64,000 nt of DNA, taken from Vicugna vicugna. Lineage: Eukaryota. Position 1 is the first letter of the stretch; every line of letters begins with the position of its first letter. A program made the position numbers and the translations under genes. Under the pieces are notes generated by a model, which saw only the letters and a program-made list of their open reading frames with translations, made no database searches and was not told the origin of the DNA. Location: contig MU058337.1 of assembly GCA_013265495.1 (NCBI GenBank), forward strand, positions 250,001 to 314,000. The letters run 5' to 3'. Below are positions 1-13,961 of this stretch, piece after piece.

Positions 1-959
1 AGGCACAAAGGGGTGCCACAGACTCCCGAGGTCACACAAGCTCACACAAGCGCCTGCACTGAGACAGCTGTCTGCAGAGGCTGTAGTTTTGAGCACCATG
101 ATCTGCTGCTTCGTAAGGCGGGGCTGCCCCTCCCTGAAGGAGTCAGCCATCTCTAAAGAGAGCGCTCATCACATGATCAAATTGCTAGCCACAGTTGTTC
201 TTTCAACACTGCAAGACTGGAAAGTGATTGCAACCTTGAATTTCACGTTTTAGTCCCGTACCTGGGAACTAGAAGGCGAACTTCCCAGCCCCCTTTTGTT
301 CATTCTTCCGTAACAGCCGCGGCTGCATATGTTAAGTGAATGTTGGTCCGATTGCTCCCCTGTGAACAGTGACTGCTGAAAGCAGTGTGATTGGAAGGCA
401 GAGTTAATTACTAAGACCTGAAAGTTTTCAGAAAGGAATGCTGGAAAAAATGTGTTCTTTTCAAAAAAGGCTTTGTCTTATTGTCAACTGGCCTAACGTC
501 CAGCACTCCTGACCAGCACCAGGAACTAACTTCTGGGTAATAATCTACTTTGCTTTATAAACAGAATTGTTATAAATGTTTCTCAAGAGCTGTAATATGC
601 TGGATTAACGTCACCTCTCACATGTAAGTCATGGTAGGCAAGTGAAATCTTCACATTCTCACAGTCTAATATTATGTCTTTCATGAGAAAATTTTGAATC
701 TGAAGAAGTGTCGAGTTTATATATTTCACCTTTCTTCTTCCCATCAGGCTAAGGATGGTGGAATTGGAAAAGGAGCCCCCTTTTATTTTATAGAAGAAAA
801 AGTCAAGGCCAAGGGGCCATGTTGGCTCCAGGCCAAACAAGATAGAAAACTAGAGTAAGGATGATGAAAAGGTTTCAACTCTAGTCCCAGCTTAGTAAAT
901 GCGCAGTAAACTGGCTGTCCTGGGGGCCGTTTGAGGCAGGACTCTGAGCCCAGTGCCTC

Positions 960-1830
960 AGTGATCCATTGGTGATGTCGGCCTGGGCCGGGCCTGGGGA
1001 GGGAGGACCACGTGCACTAGCCCTTGACAAGACGAGGGGCTCCCGGCCCTTCAGCATCCTAGCGGTATTCCATGTCTCAGTCACCAGGAAGGACCACAGA
1101 AAGGTCACCCGTTTCCCGGGACATTTCCCCGTTCTTCCCTGGGCTCGGGTCAGTGAGCAGCCCCACCGAGGAGGCCCGCGCGTGCGGGAAGGAACAGGAG
1201 CGCGGTCCGCGTGGGGGCGCCCTGCAGGCGCCGCAAGGCTCGCGCGACGTAAACGTGTCTGTCGTCACCCCCGCGGGCCAGTTTAGCTTTGTTCAAGCCT
1301 GCTAATCCCTCTGGATGGCCCAGCACAGCTGTGGCATTTGAACGCAGGCCCACAACAGACACAACCCTTAGGAAGCCCTGGCCCTGCCGCTTTCCGGGAT
1401 GAGCGCGTCCCCCACACCGCCCTCTTCACAGCCTGGCTGCGCTTTCCCACCGTCCTGGGCCGCCGGCGTCCCAGGTCAGCAGCCTCTTCGGGGTGTGCCA
1501 TGGTCCCCGCCTCCTTCGGCGAGCTCGTAACCAAAACGAAGGGAGGGAATAGTGCTGCTCCTTTACACTAAGGAGGGGTTAAAAGCTCATTTTCTACTTG
1601 GGCACGTGCTTCCTTATTGGTTTTGCTTTCCGACCCTGGAGCTACCAAGTGGGCAGGTCGCTGCATCTAAATACGATGGTGAACGTCGCCGTCACCAAGG
1701 TCCGGGAGAGCGGACGCGTGCTTCCAGCGACCGAGTTACTGCGGCCTGCCAACGTCCCACTGACGACTCCGCTAACGGGGGTTCCGAAGAAGTGGCCGTT
1801 GTTAGCTGGAGTTCCCGCATAATAAACGTT
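960..1830. other. GC/CpG-rich segment with no associated gene
   Basis: Dense CpG by eye against AT-rich flanks; similar patches at 12570-12720, 14200-14700 and 16380-16510. Confidence 0.5.
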
Positions 1831-2868
1831 TTATTTTAATACCAGTTCTCCCATGCCATCCTCATAAGTAATTGCTAAAACAATTGATTAAAGCATTATA
1901 TTTTTAGTAGAATTAAATCGCACTGCAGTGGTGAACACTTTCTGAAGTTACAAAGACATTTCTTATTAGTACTACTGAATTACCTGAGGTTTATCTGGGA
2001 GTGAAAATGTCAAAATAGGTAATGTATGTGGCATTGTTTAAAATGTTCTATTCGCTAATAAATTTTATCATAAAACCAGTCATGCTACTGCATTTCTGTC
2101 ATGCCCTTGAACCTTAAATAACTCTAGCACAAGTGAAAGGTTTTCTATTACTATCTCAAACAGATAATTCTATTCTCCATTTTAAATCTAAAAAAAATCA
2201 TTCTAACTGCACCTAACATACAATAGAGAGGGAAGGAGATAAAATTACATTATTTGTCACTAGACTTTTGTAGAAAAATGAACAAAGTAAAACAGAAAAA
2301 ATAGCACACAGCAGTTATTAAAGACTTCCTGCTGAGGTGCCTAGAAGGATGTAAATGACCTCACGATAACTGGAAGAATAATTTTGTAAATGAATTGCAT
2401 AAAATTGCAGCACTGAATATGAAGATGTGATTCTAAAATAAAATGACTTAAATATTCTGCAAATAGCTGCTGTATAAAAGTCCAGTGTGTTCAGCACAAA
2501 ATAGAAATATCCAGCATCCGGAAAAATAGACTTGTCCTTAAAAATTGTAAGTGGTTTATGGAAAAAAAAAAAGCAGATGTAAATAAATTTGACATTTATG
2601 GGCAACGTGCTTTTATGATTTTTATGTTATCCATGCTTATAAAAAGATATTGGCACATCAGGAAATTCAGTGTCATTGGGATATTTCAAGGTCCTCACAG
2701 CATTTAGAATAAATGTCAATGCATTTCTTAGCTCATCTTCATAGTGCTGATTTTAACACAGTGTTTCTGAAACATGATTTTTTGTCTTTGGTTTAATGAA
2801 CCTTGCTCCCAATTGAAGTCACTAACTGTGCAAACATAGGTCACTCTACTCAGCTACTATTTTCTGAC

Positions 2869-3087
2869 TCAGTCTCAACTGGGGATGACTTTGCTCCCCA
2901 CCCCTCAAGGACAGCTAGCCCCATCTGGGACACTTTTGATTGTCAGCACTGGCTGAGGAGCAAGGGGGAGCGCCCCTGGCGTCCGGCGGGTGGAGCTGCA
3001 GCTAAGCACCCTACAAGGTGCAAGGCAGCCCCCATGACAAAGCTATCCAGCCGAAAATGCCAATCCTGCCACGGCTGAGAAACCCCA
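2869..3087. mobile_element. MER20-like hAT DNA transposon
   Basis: tctcaactggggatgactttgctcccc...gacacttttgattgtca...gctaagcaccctacaaggtgcaaggcagccccc...gctgagaaaccc. Confidence 0.8.
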
Positions 3088-3934
3088 TCTAACTGGATTA
3101 CGAATCTGAATGATACTAAGAAAAATCTTGAAAATTCTTAAAATTCGACTAGTTCTCTAGTCAGTTACTAGGCCACCACTCCAGATGCCCCCGAATACAC
3201 TTCACAAATTAGTGTCACGGCTTCAAGGGGGAAGTTTTAGAGAAGGATGCGATGGTTGTGGAAATAAAATTCTATGCATTTTATACCCAATTTTCTGACT
3301 CATCATATCAAGCCACTGTAGTTCACAGGAAGTGAAATTGTCCTCCCATTAAAGGTAATTACTGTGGAAACAGTTCAGTTGGGCGCTGTGAAAGGACACT
3401 TTTGTTCTTGGCCTTAGCAACGCCACCCAGGAGGCATCATGCCCCAGGCCCCCAGTGGGTCTCAAAGGAAATCCATGTGTTTTATAAATGATTTCTGTGC
3501 TGACCCCTTCTTCCCAAGCAAACACACAGTTTATGCAAGATTGGAGAGTAGGAAAACTGAATAATCCATGTGGATGTTGTAGAAGGTGGAGCTTCTCAGA
3601 GATGCATGGGGCTGGAGCATATTACAGGAGGGCCTTCGGTGCACCAACCTATTTAACTGAAAATAGAGGTCAACTTGTTGCCAAGAAAACTTCAGAGGGT
3701 GTGACTATGATATATTTAAAAACTTTGGTTATCAAATTGATACTTCTTTCCTTAATGCATGTGATTTGAAAACGCAAAGCACTAAAATTAAAACAAAGTG
3801 GGACTTAACTCATTGACAACTAAGCATAGCCAGCCAACTCCCAGAAAAGTATAAGTTAAAAAACTGAAACTAAACTTGAAACACATGCATATTCCATTTT
3901 ATTTCTTTAAAGAAGGTTGGATTGGTTGTTGACT

Positions 3935-4372
3935 AAAATTGGAAGATTCACACTACTCAGTTTTCACTCTCACTATAAAGCTGCTCTAATCAAGACAGTC
4001 TGGTGCTGGGGAAAGAACAGGTACATGGTCAGTGAGTCAATGGAAGAAGGATGATCTTTTCAATAGATGGTGCTGGGGAAACGGGACACCCACAAGCAAA
4101 CAAACTGACAGAAATGAGCCTCAACACATGCCTCACACCTTATAAAATATAACTCAGGATGGATGACACAATTAATATAAAAGATGAAACGGTCATTTCC
4201 AGAAGAAAACAAAGAAGACTTTTGTGACTGTGTGTTAGGCAAAAAAATTCTTAAATACAAAAGCATAATTAATAAAAGAACAAATATGAGACTACATCAA
4301 AATTAAAAATGTTTACTCTGTGAAAGACGGTTAAAGAAATGAAAAAACAAGCTACAGATTAAAAGAAAATAT
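3935..4372 (+). mobile_element. Old L1 ORF2 fragment
   Basis: tcaagacagtctggtgctgg, ttttcaatagatggtgctgggg, cctcacaccttataaaatataactca, catcaaaattaaaaa. Confidence 0.8.
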
Positions 4373-4394
4373 TGTTTGTTGTTTTGTTGTTTTT

Positions 4395-4625
4395 ATATTT
4401 ATGACCCTCAATTCAGACACTAATTTTTCAAAAGGAATTCTCAATCTATACCTAAATTTTGTAGCTTTTACAGATAGAAAAGTAGATTCACATACTCAAG
4501 CTGTTCCAAATAGACTTCAGCATCGCCCAGTAATTGAATCAGTTACCAGTTTTCACAAGAAAGTGCATCGTAAGTGCTCAATGCTTGTGTGTGGCCGGTG
4601 GCTACTGCGTCAGACGTGGCACCTC
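4395..4625. mobile_element. hAT-Charlie (MER33/Charlie1-like) fragment
   Basis: gaaaagtagattcacatactcaagctgttccaaa...aagtgctcaatgcttgtgtgtggccggtggctact. Confidence 0.6.
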
Positions 4626-5139
4626 TACAGCTTACGTAAGTGGTGGGTCCACGGTGTGTTCCCTGTAAAAACTCACCCTGTACTTGGATAATGTGTGCCC
4701 TTTCCTGTACATATATGTTACTACTGAAATTAAAAAAGACTTTATTACTTCCCGAGTAAGCCAGAGTAAGACAGTGGGATCAGAAGATCATTTCTTTTTA
4801 TTTCAAGCGCTTCTGCGCCGTGTGTCTTCCTGTACATACGTATAACTTGTTCGACATACTCTTAATTGTATTTGTTACAAAAAAACAAAAAAGGTTTTCA
4901 GGTTTTTGCTGCATTCCTGGGAATGAGGTGAATTCAGTCTCCTGTTTGAAGCCTACTCTGAGTGCCACACCTCTGCTCCCGAGCTAAGTCACCCAGCGAG
5001 GAGGCTGCAATGCCAAAACCCGGAGGACTCTGCAGTTTCTTGATGACATATGTTAGTCAGTCCACTTGGTCAAAAGGCTTTTGAGGAAACAAGAGCAGCT
5101 GCCACTTTTTGCTTTGGGGTTTTTCTTCAGAATAGATGT

Positions 5140-5285
5140 GTTTAATCTTCCCAATAACCTTATGAAGAAGTAATTAGCATACTCTCCATTGGCCACATGA
5201 AGGAACGAAGGCACAGAAAGGTTATGTAATTGTGGCATCTGGGAAGTGACTGGCAAGGACTTGAACCCAAGCTCAACGCAGGGAT
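5140..5285 (-). mobile_element. MIR SINE
   Basis: tttaatcttcccaataaccttatgaag...gaaggcacagaaaggttatgtaatt...ggacttgaacccaag; similar MIR remnants near 8170-8320, 13390-13510, 35090-35260 and 63170-63300. Confidence 0.65.
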
Positions 5286-7199
5286 GCTCAGCCACGTGAA
5301 CTTTCGCTGAGTTCCTTTGGGGAACTGTAGCACTGTATCAGCACATAGCCTAAAATCCTCACTGATGTATACACACCATCCGTTCTCTGCAAATATTTTA
5401 GTGTAGTGAAAATAGAAGTAAAATAAATAAGGATAAACTCATTCTGACTCCTTGCTGTGCTCAGCACGCCGCAACTCAAACATCAGCTCGCTGGTTTGTC
5501 AGTCCTCCTCCTGGGCACGTGTTCTCTCCCCGTCAGCTCTTCTCACCACCCCCACCCCACCCCGAGATGCTGAGCAACTGGTGTGGTCGCCCCTCCACCC
5601 CTGCTCCACGCTGAGCATGGCGGGTGCAAGGTCGGCCAACAGCGGCCCCCGCCCTGACCTGCCATCCAACACGTGTGTCCTCAGCTGGTCCCCCCACCTG
5701 CCAACTCCATCACTGGCTTCGTGCCCGCCTGGAATCTGCCTCGGTGTCTTTCAGATGTCCTCAGCCTTGTTTTCTGCCTGAGAAGGTGGCTGATCATTTT
5801 CGTAATGAACAAAAATGGATCAACTCTGAGTATATTCTCAGAATGGAAACAGGAAATGCTCTTTCTCCTTATAGAAAACCCCAACAGTCTCCATCCCTTC
5901 CATGCTCTCGGTGATGTGTTTAAGCTGGGATGCACCCGTTTTCCCCCGCTTCCCCAAGAGTCACCAGTTATAAACAAAACTCAGGACTCAGGGAGTCTTC
6001 CTCAGCTGTGGGAATCTGGGTTATCTCAGTGAGTTTCGAGTATATGCTTGTCTTATTAGTTCGGGGCAAAGAGGGATTTTCAAGTGTGTGGATGACAAGC
6101 AAGCGTAAGAAGATGGATTTATTGCGGCTCATTAGCCTGCCTTGCGTTTCACGTTTGCTGCTGTGATTCCTGTGTTTTTCACTCTGCCCCAAAATAAAAT
6201 TCCAACAGTAATGATACACCCCCTTACCAGATTTATAACCTAAAACTGACAGCTCTCTTGGTTCACATTTATGCTGCGTATATAGTGTTAGGAGAATTGA
6301 TGGACCACAGCAAGGGGGCAAACAAAAGTCCACTTCGACATTGCTTTTCCAAGCGGTTCAGATGGACTGTGAAATAGTATTGTCAAAAGCCTTGCCTTGT
6401 AACATGGGGCTGCTAACTGCTAATTGCTCCGTTGATGAATAGGTAACTGCTGGCTGACTCCACAGAAATAAGCTGGTCTCTCTCAAGCACAGTTTTGAAA
6501 TCTTCTTGGATTATGTGGCTCTTCAAGGATTGAGTGAATAAACACTCCCCCGCCCAAGGAAATAAAATTTTAAAATATAAAGATAGCCTGCCTTATTCAT
6601 GCAAAGAATAATTTACATACTTTAATAAGAGCAAAATTATAGTAAGTTATGTCCACAAGTGATTCTAAATTCTACATTTAAGTCATAACTATCTCCACCC
6701 TCTCAATTTGTGATCATCTTTAAAAAACACTGTTGCAAGTATGTTCTATACCAGAAACTAATACAATGTTATACGTCGATTATAGCTCGATAAAAAAATG
6801 TTTAAATAAAATAAAAATTGAAACTTAAAGTACACATACAAATTGAATAAATGGCTATTTCTACCATGAATCAGAAACATTTAATTATTTAGATAATTTC
6901 TATTTTGTGCTGGCTTTTGGGGAAAAAACTGCATGATGAGTTTATCTCCAGAGCGTCCTGCTGTAAGTCCTCAGAATCTCATTTCTCTAGGTCGTGAGTT
7001 TGTAGTTAGTCCATTTTTCCCTTTGCATCTGTGCCATTCTCCTGGAGGGAGGCCTACAGCACTGGGTGGCAGGAATGTACGTCTGAATCATGGTCATCCG
7101 GGCTCAACAGTCCATCCTCAGTGACACTGCAGACGTCTCAGGATGAGGAGCCGCTCCAGCATGTTAGGGGGGTTCTGAACTCACCCCAGTCCCCAGAGT

Positions 7200-7360
7200 A
7201 GTCAGCCTCGGCTGCACAGGAGGCCCCCGGCAGCTTTCAAACAGTATCAATGCCTGAACGCCTGGGTCCCACTCGCCAAGTTTCTGATTGAATTGGTCTG
7301 CAAAATAGGTGGGACTTTAGGAATATAAAACCCCGCCAGGTGCCTGGGACCCCTGCTTAA
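7200..7360. mobile_element. MER5-like hAT fragment
   Basis: gcctgggtcccac...ttctgattgaattggtctg...ccaggtg. Confidence 0.5.
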
Positions 7361-9859
7361 TCACCACCCGTCAGAGGTCAGAGCTCTGCTCTCTCATTTG
7401 ATTTTCCAAGCATCCTTGACAAGCAGTCAAGACAAACCACGCTATCTTCTATTTACTGGGAAACTTGGCCATAGTGACTCTGGGTTATGTAATTGAGAGG
7501 CTTTACAAAGCAAAGACCAAGAGGTCATGTCTTAGGACTCAAGATCACCTTGTCCCATTACATCACACTTGCTTCATTTTTCACTTTAAAACCCATTTTT
7601 GTCAGTTCTGTTTTATTTTCCCTCACATTTGTCATCATCAACAGCAGTTCCACTAAAGTTAGGGACAGTAACGGGCAGTAACGGCAGGAGGGTGCAGCGA
7701 GAACCCCTGTCTTTGTCCTACATCACACCCGCACCTCGGCTGAATACGTGAACGTCTCAGCAGAGCAGCACGGGCAGGAATTAACTCAGAGCAAACGTGC
7801 GGACACATGACTAGGAGTGTTATTACTCTTCATGTTCGCTGTTGTTGCAGTGCCTTCTAAGTACATGCTTTTACAGCTATAATGACAGTTGCCTAAAAGT
7901 GTGCTGCACACGGTGTCATCGTCACCTCCACTTAAAGTGGTAGTAGTTTCAGTCCCTCTGTGATTCTGAGGTCACAGACTTTCATTGTCACGCGCTGGCC
8001 CTCTGGTACGTAGGTGACATTGCTGACCTGCTATTGGGAGGGTGTGCCTTGGGGGGCTCCTCTGTAATGTGGGTGGAATTGCGGATCACTCCGTGTAAAT
8101 TTCCTTCACCTCTTTTGTCCTTAGTTTGCACTCCTGACAAAGTTTGAAATTGCGGCTCCTAATTTTAGCTTGTGAACCTACAAGAACTAATGGGTAGTTG
8201 GAGCAAGTGCCTTGCCCTGGATGAGTATACGTCCCCACACCTATAAAACATGGGAAATAACACACATTCCAAAGATGACTGCAAGGGTGAGATGAGATCA
8301 CGGATGACACCTGGACCACAGCAGATGCTCACCTAACAGTGTGATTGGAAAACGCTGAACGAGGACCCAGCTCAGTCAGGAAGGCTGAGTTAGGAAGAGC
8401 AGTGCGTGTCTGCCCTCTTGGGTATTTTACCCTCCCGTGAAAAATGCGATTTATAAACCTGCTGAAGACTTTCGTCCTGTGTGGAGAGTCTGCGTCCATC
8501 ACTAGTGGTTTGTGCTCTTACGCTGCATGAATTTGGCTTTCCACTGCAGATTCTTTGAGCAGCACTCTATTCTGATACATCTTTCATATACTTCATTAGA
8601 TTATAGTGTTATACTGTGGGGGTTTCTTAAAGTATTACAGGCTGCTTGGAAGGTCTAATTCTGTGGCTTTCATTTCAGTTTTTTAAAGGAAAAAGGAAAC
8701 CTTTGCTATGGTTGTAATTAACAACTGCTACTCGGATGCCATCAATCAGAAGTTTCCCCCAGAACAGCTGCAGCTTCTGTAATCCACCGCCCAGCTGTCC
8801 CACGTGGTATTCTTAGCATTACGCGCTCCAAATTCTAGAGACAGGAGTCAAAATATAGTTAAAAGATAATAGTATTACGGAGATTCTAGGAAGGGAATTG
8901 AGTTTCTTTCCTTTCTTGTTAAAAAATATATTTTCTCTGCAAATAAGTAAACCTTCACACAGTTGTCAAGTGTACCTTTATCAATAAAATGAAGCAAAAT
9001 AAAATAAAATAATAAAATAAAATCACTGACAAATTTAATCAGTAATCACTAAGATACACTTTTGAAAACTGAAATCATGAACACGCCTTCAGTAGTCACC
9101 TCTACTTGAGTCCTGTAACAATAGTTTAAACTAGAACTATTATTATTTCTGGTTAAGAAAACACGATTGTAAAATTATTCTCTCTAAATGAGACAATATT
9201 CACTGAGTGCTTACTAGGTGTGTGATATTATTATGAATTGTGCAAAAAAATCCTTTATTAAAAAAACACTTTACTGTCTAGTTGGGAATCTCACTGTAAG
9301 TGAATAAAACAATCAAGAACAAAATAAAATGCTCAATTGTGAGGAAAAGAATTGGTCTATAAATACATTTATTTACACTTGTGACAGAATATCTGCATCA
9401 GCAGAATTACTAACGCCGAAACACTTCTGCTACCTCGCCCCTTCTCCTGTGCACACAGTGAACATTTGGATGCCACAGGGATGGAATATTCAGAGCCAAG
9501 GTCAGCCTTTAACCAAGCCGGGTGACCCACTGTGAGCCCTAAACAGAAGCCACTCCCAAGGCAGGGCCTGGAATTCCTGTGACATTCCAGTAACCACCAC
9601 AGGCTTCTCTGAACACTCCAGGTCGGCCCAGCCTCTGCTCCAGTCTCTGCCCTCTTGTCTGTTCTGATGAGGCCTTTAAAACAATCTTCCTAATTCACGT
9701 TGGTATCATCTAGCTTCATAGCTTTAAATACTACCTGTTTGTGGATGTGTCCCAAATTTGTATTTACAGTTCAGACTCTTCCTCAAATTCCAGAAACCAC
9801 ATGTCTACCTGTCTACTGGTTCCTCCATTTAGAATCTTACCGGTATTAAACCCTTATAA

Positions 9860-10160
9860 CTGCAGAACAGAACGAGATCCCAGACACAGAGAAGAAACTA
9901 GCGGTTACCACCGAGGAGAGGGGATGGGGCGGGGGGACAAGACGGGGGAGGGTTAGGAGTTACAAACGACTATGTTTAAAATAGATAAGCAGCAAGTATA
10001 CATTGCACAGCACAGGGAAATATAACCATGTTTGGTAATAACCTGAAATGAAATATAATCTATAAAACTACTGAATCTGTTACACACTGGAAACTAATAT
10101 AATATTGTAAATCAACTATACTTCCCAGTTTAAAAATAAACAAGCAAGACAAAAAGAAAA
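9860..10160 (+). mobile_element. L1 3' UTR end fragment
   Basis: cagacacagagaagaaactagcggttacca...gcacagggaaatata...aatattgtaaatcaactatactt. Confidence 0.85.
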
Positions 10161-10392
10161 TGCGTTGTACCTAAAAGCAAGTTTCCGTATTCCCACCAGG
10201 GAGATCTCATCCCACAGGAGTCCCGGTCCCAGGCAGTGGGAGCGCTATCCTACAGGCCTTTATTCTCAAGTTTTCTCCCAGGAATAAACCATGCTGTCTT
10301 TCCTCACTCTCCTCGTGGCCAACTCCCCGGTCAAGGCCATCGTGACCCGGGGTTTAACTGTTGCTCTAACTTGTTCCCTGATTCGGCTTCTC

Positions 10393-10454
10393 TGCGGCAC
10401 CTTCTCCACACCAATAAGTCACATGCGGCACCTTCTCCACACCAGTAAGTCACA
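10393..10454. repeat. 31-bp tandem duplication
   Basis: tgcggcaccttctccacacca(a/g)taagtcaca x2. Confidence 0.9.
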
Positions 10455-10549
10455 TGTTGCCCCTCCTCCGGCCCAAGTCTAACCGGAGATTCCACCTCAG
10501 AGTTAAAGCCACACAACCCTTTTTATCCTGCACAAGGACCCCCTGCTGA

Positions 10550-10735
10550 CAGGCCCCCCCGTTGCCTGTCTGACCTGTCTCCTGCTGTCTGCTTATGTGC
10601 TCAACTTGCTTGTGGTCTGTCTCCTCCACTGGAATATAAGCAACCTGAGCAGAGACTTTTGGCTTATTCCTCACAACATCTCCCAAAGCTAAGACAGGGA
10701 GTGACGTGGAACAGGCTGTCAAAATTTGATTCACA
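10550..10735 (+). mobile_element. L2 3' end fragment
   Basis: gtctgtctcctccactggaatataagcaacctgagcagagactttt...tcctcacaacatctcccaaagcta; similar remnants near 46660-46900 and 51840-52150. Confidence 0.55.
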
Positions 10736-13700
10736 ATCCCCTACGGGGCTTTGAGGGTGAGTCTTCAAGGCCTGTGGTCTCGACAGCAAGGCATAGGTTT
10801 ACGGTTTTATACAGGCAACACCAAAACAGCAAATCAAGAAAGTACCTTCAGTCAAATAAACGAACAAAGAAACAGGTTGACTCATTTTTACATCCACCCA
10901 TGTGATCCATTAGCTCAACTGCTTACAGAGACATAAACTGTGTACCTCTCCTCACATCTGAATCCTGACCTATTATGTTTCAGAATGTCTGGAGCTTTCA
11001 TGAGCTTGACTATTTTAGATACGGCTCATAAGTGGAGAGGCAAATGCTGGTTTCCAGGGCCTGGGAAGGGGAGGATGAGGAGCTGCTGTTCAAGGGACGC
11101 AAAGTTTCAGTTACGGGAGATGCTGGAGAAGTTCTAGAGAGCCAACGTGCAACACTGGGCTTGCAGTTAACAGTGCTGTGGGGTACACCTAAAATCTGGT
11201 CCTCTGCTCTAACCACAATAAAAACAAGCATGTCCATGCAAAGTATTACATGGATTTGTCTCCTACGACTTTAGAATCACCTTCTCATCAATGAGTTTCT
11301 TAAAAATTATTTTGTTTGCCAAAGAAGCAAAACCACCACCTTCCCAGAGCTGGAGACTGGGCATGTGCATACACGGTGACAGCTCTGTGACTGACGTAGC
11401 ATCCCCATAAAATAAGAAGGTCTGTGGTATTCCTCACTGCCCAGAGCCGCAAGCGCTAACTTCCTCAGGTGACGGAAGACAGTGCTTGGTGGCCTTCCTA
11501 TGAACAGCGTACTCTGTTGCTCAGGAGAGAGTGAAGTACTAATCATGAGTGTTGCTTGCCCAGGCTGGGGGATCACGCCCTCTTTGGATGAATAGTCCCT
11601 TCCGTGTGACCCTTCTCTTGTTTCACCTGTAGCAGAAGAACAAAATTTAATACAAACGTGTGCAGGATCAAATAGGACTGCAGGAATCGCTCCCTAGCTG
11701 CTGATCATGCACTAGATTAAAATTTAACAAGTGCCTACCAAGCCCCATTCTGCGCAGGTGGAGCCCAGCACCCACAAAGAGTGACCAGTCTTCCTTGAAA
11801 AGAGGGCCCATGTCTCTTCCACCCTGACCACTGGGAGTCTGTCAGATACCTCACATGCACTCATTAGTGATTACTGATGGAATGAGACATGTGAAGCTTT
11901 TGGAATAAACTGTTACATCTCAACTTTCCACTTAGTATTTTAAGTAAAGCTGATGCGCCCCCAAGGTAAAGCCATTAGAACAGAGCCAGTGAGCAGACCT
12001 CACCAGTGTAGCTGTCTGCCTCGCTTACAGGTTTCCATCCAAGAGCCGTACTGTTACCTTGTCAATATTATATTGATGAAGAGAAAAGCTAAATCCATCT
12101 TCCTGTCTCTCTTTCTGTTTAGGCTTCAACTCAGTGATTCTTCCATTACCGAGACCCAATGACAGGACATTTTTACTCCCTTATTTCCTGTACATCAAAG
12201 TTCAAAATATGTCAGATAGTTCCAACAACCTGTCTTCTTTGACACAAAGTGGCTTTGAATACTTGTGTATATGACTTTGGACAGAAGTGCCTCCCTCAGC
12301 TAAGAGAGCTCTTGGAGTCACCACGGACTCGTCCAGTGCAGCCATGGCTCTGCTTTGACTCTCAATGCAATGGCTCTCATAGGATTTCCTAGGAAAAAGG
12401 CAAGCTTGACGAAGACTGAATTCTATATTCAATCTGACAAACTGCCGAAGCATGATGCTGTTCTTTCTCCTACGGTAGTCATAGAATCCCAGCATCTTTG
12501 AAACATAGAAGAAAGCAGCTTGGGCTCCTTAAGTGAAAAATTCTACACCCAAAGGGCCAAAGCAGCGTCTGCCATGCAGAGTAACGCGCTCTTTCCTGGC
12601 GGAGTCGCGCCAGCTTCCGGGAGGGAGGGTCCCGCGGCTCCCTCGGCAGACGCCCGCAGGGCCCACGCCTCGCTTTCGGGAGAAACAGAGCCTGACGCCT
12701 GCGTTCTCTGCATCTCTTCCTGTCCTGATGCCTTTCAACAGCAGGACCTAGTACTGCAGTCCTACTTCCTTCTTAACCCAGCCTTCGCTTCTCTGGCCAA
12801 GATAGTCCACGGTGACTGTTGGATTTATAGCAAACCAACTGGATTTAAAAATTATTAACACTAGGGCCTCAAGTGACTAAAACTGACAATATTCAACACT
12901 AACAGTATTCACAGCTTTCTTTCAAAAGGCTTCATTCAATGGTTTATTTCTCATTTCTTCACCATTTTCTTTCCAATTTTTTGATAGATTTTCATTTCAA
13001 AAATATTTATCTTAACCTGTGTCCTCATCCCATCCTTTCGCTTTTGAATACTTCTTCCCTTTTCTACAACACCTAACTTTATCAATGGATACTGTCCAAA
13101 ACTTCTATTTTCACAGCACTTTTTTAGAGAAACAGACACCAACTTGCTGAGATTTGAGAATGTTCCAAGAAGATCTTATAACTTATCATTTTTCCTTTGT
13201 TTATTGTAATAATAAAATTCAACTATTACCTTTTTTTGGTTAAACGCCATCCTTTCCACAAGAGCATTGTTTACAATGTAACGTGTAAACGTTTAGGGTC
13301 TAAGAACCGCAGACCGGAGGGGAGGGCGTGACGGGGGAGAAGGAGATTGTTGCTCATTTAGAGAGTATTATGCCCTAGACATGTTTCTATCTATCCGCAT
13401 TTAATGTCTGGAACAATCCATTTCACAGATGAGCAAGCCAAGACTTAGAAAATTTAAGTGACTTGTCCTAAATAACCATCTAATGACTATGAGATTCTAA
13501 CCCTGATCCATAAAGGTACAAGGGAAAATGCTGGAAAACAGCCCCAGCCTCTATAGACTCAGCGCTCCCATCAAAGTGATTGATCTACGCCACCAAGATG
13601 ACAGCTACAAAAGCCATTTGCGTCAAAAGCAGAAAGAATTGCCAAATGACTCTTTTCTCAATTCCCGCTAGCTCCGTTTGCCTGGTCAGAAGGAAGCATC

Positions 13701-13918
13701 ATGTGGAAAGAGCATGTTTTCTGAAGTCGTGTACACTTGAATTAAAAGACACATTTTTCACTTTCTAGCTGTGTGACTGTGGATTATGGACTTCATTTTG
13801 CTGATAAAATATTGTTCTGAGAATAAAATGATTTCAGAACAAAAAATAAAATGAGAATAAACGCTGTTTTTAGAATACCCAGCACAAAGTATTTACTGAA
13901 TAAATCAATGTAAGAAAT

Positions 13919-13919
<1 letters not shown>

Positions 13920-13958
<39 letters not shown>
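13920..13958. repeat. (TAA)n microsatellite
   Basis: About 13 perfect units. Confidence 0.95.

Positions 13959-13961
<3 letters not shown>

Noticed and set aside
12202..12858. ORFs of 97-112 aa as a possible processed pseudogene
   Set aside because: No recognisable protein similarity, poly(A) tail or TSD; a tblastx search would settle it
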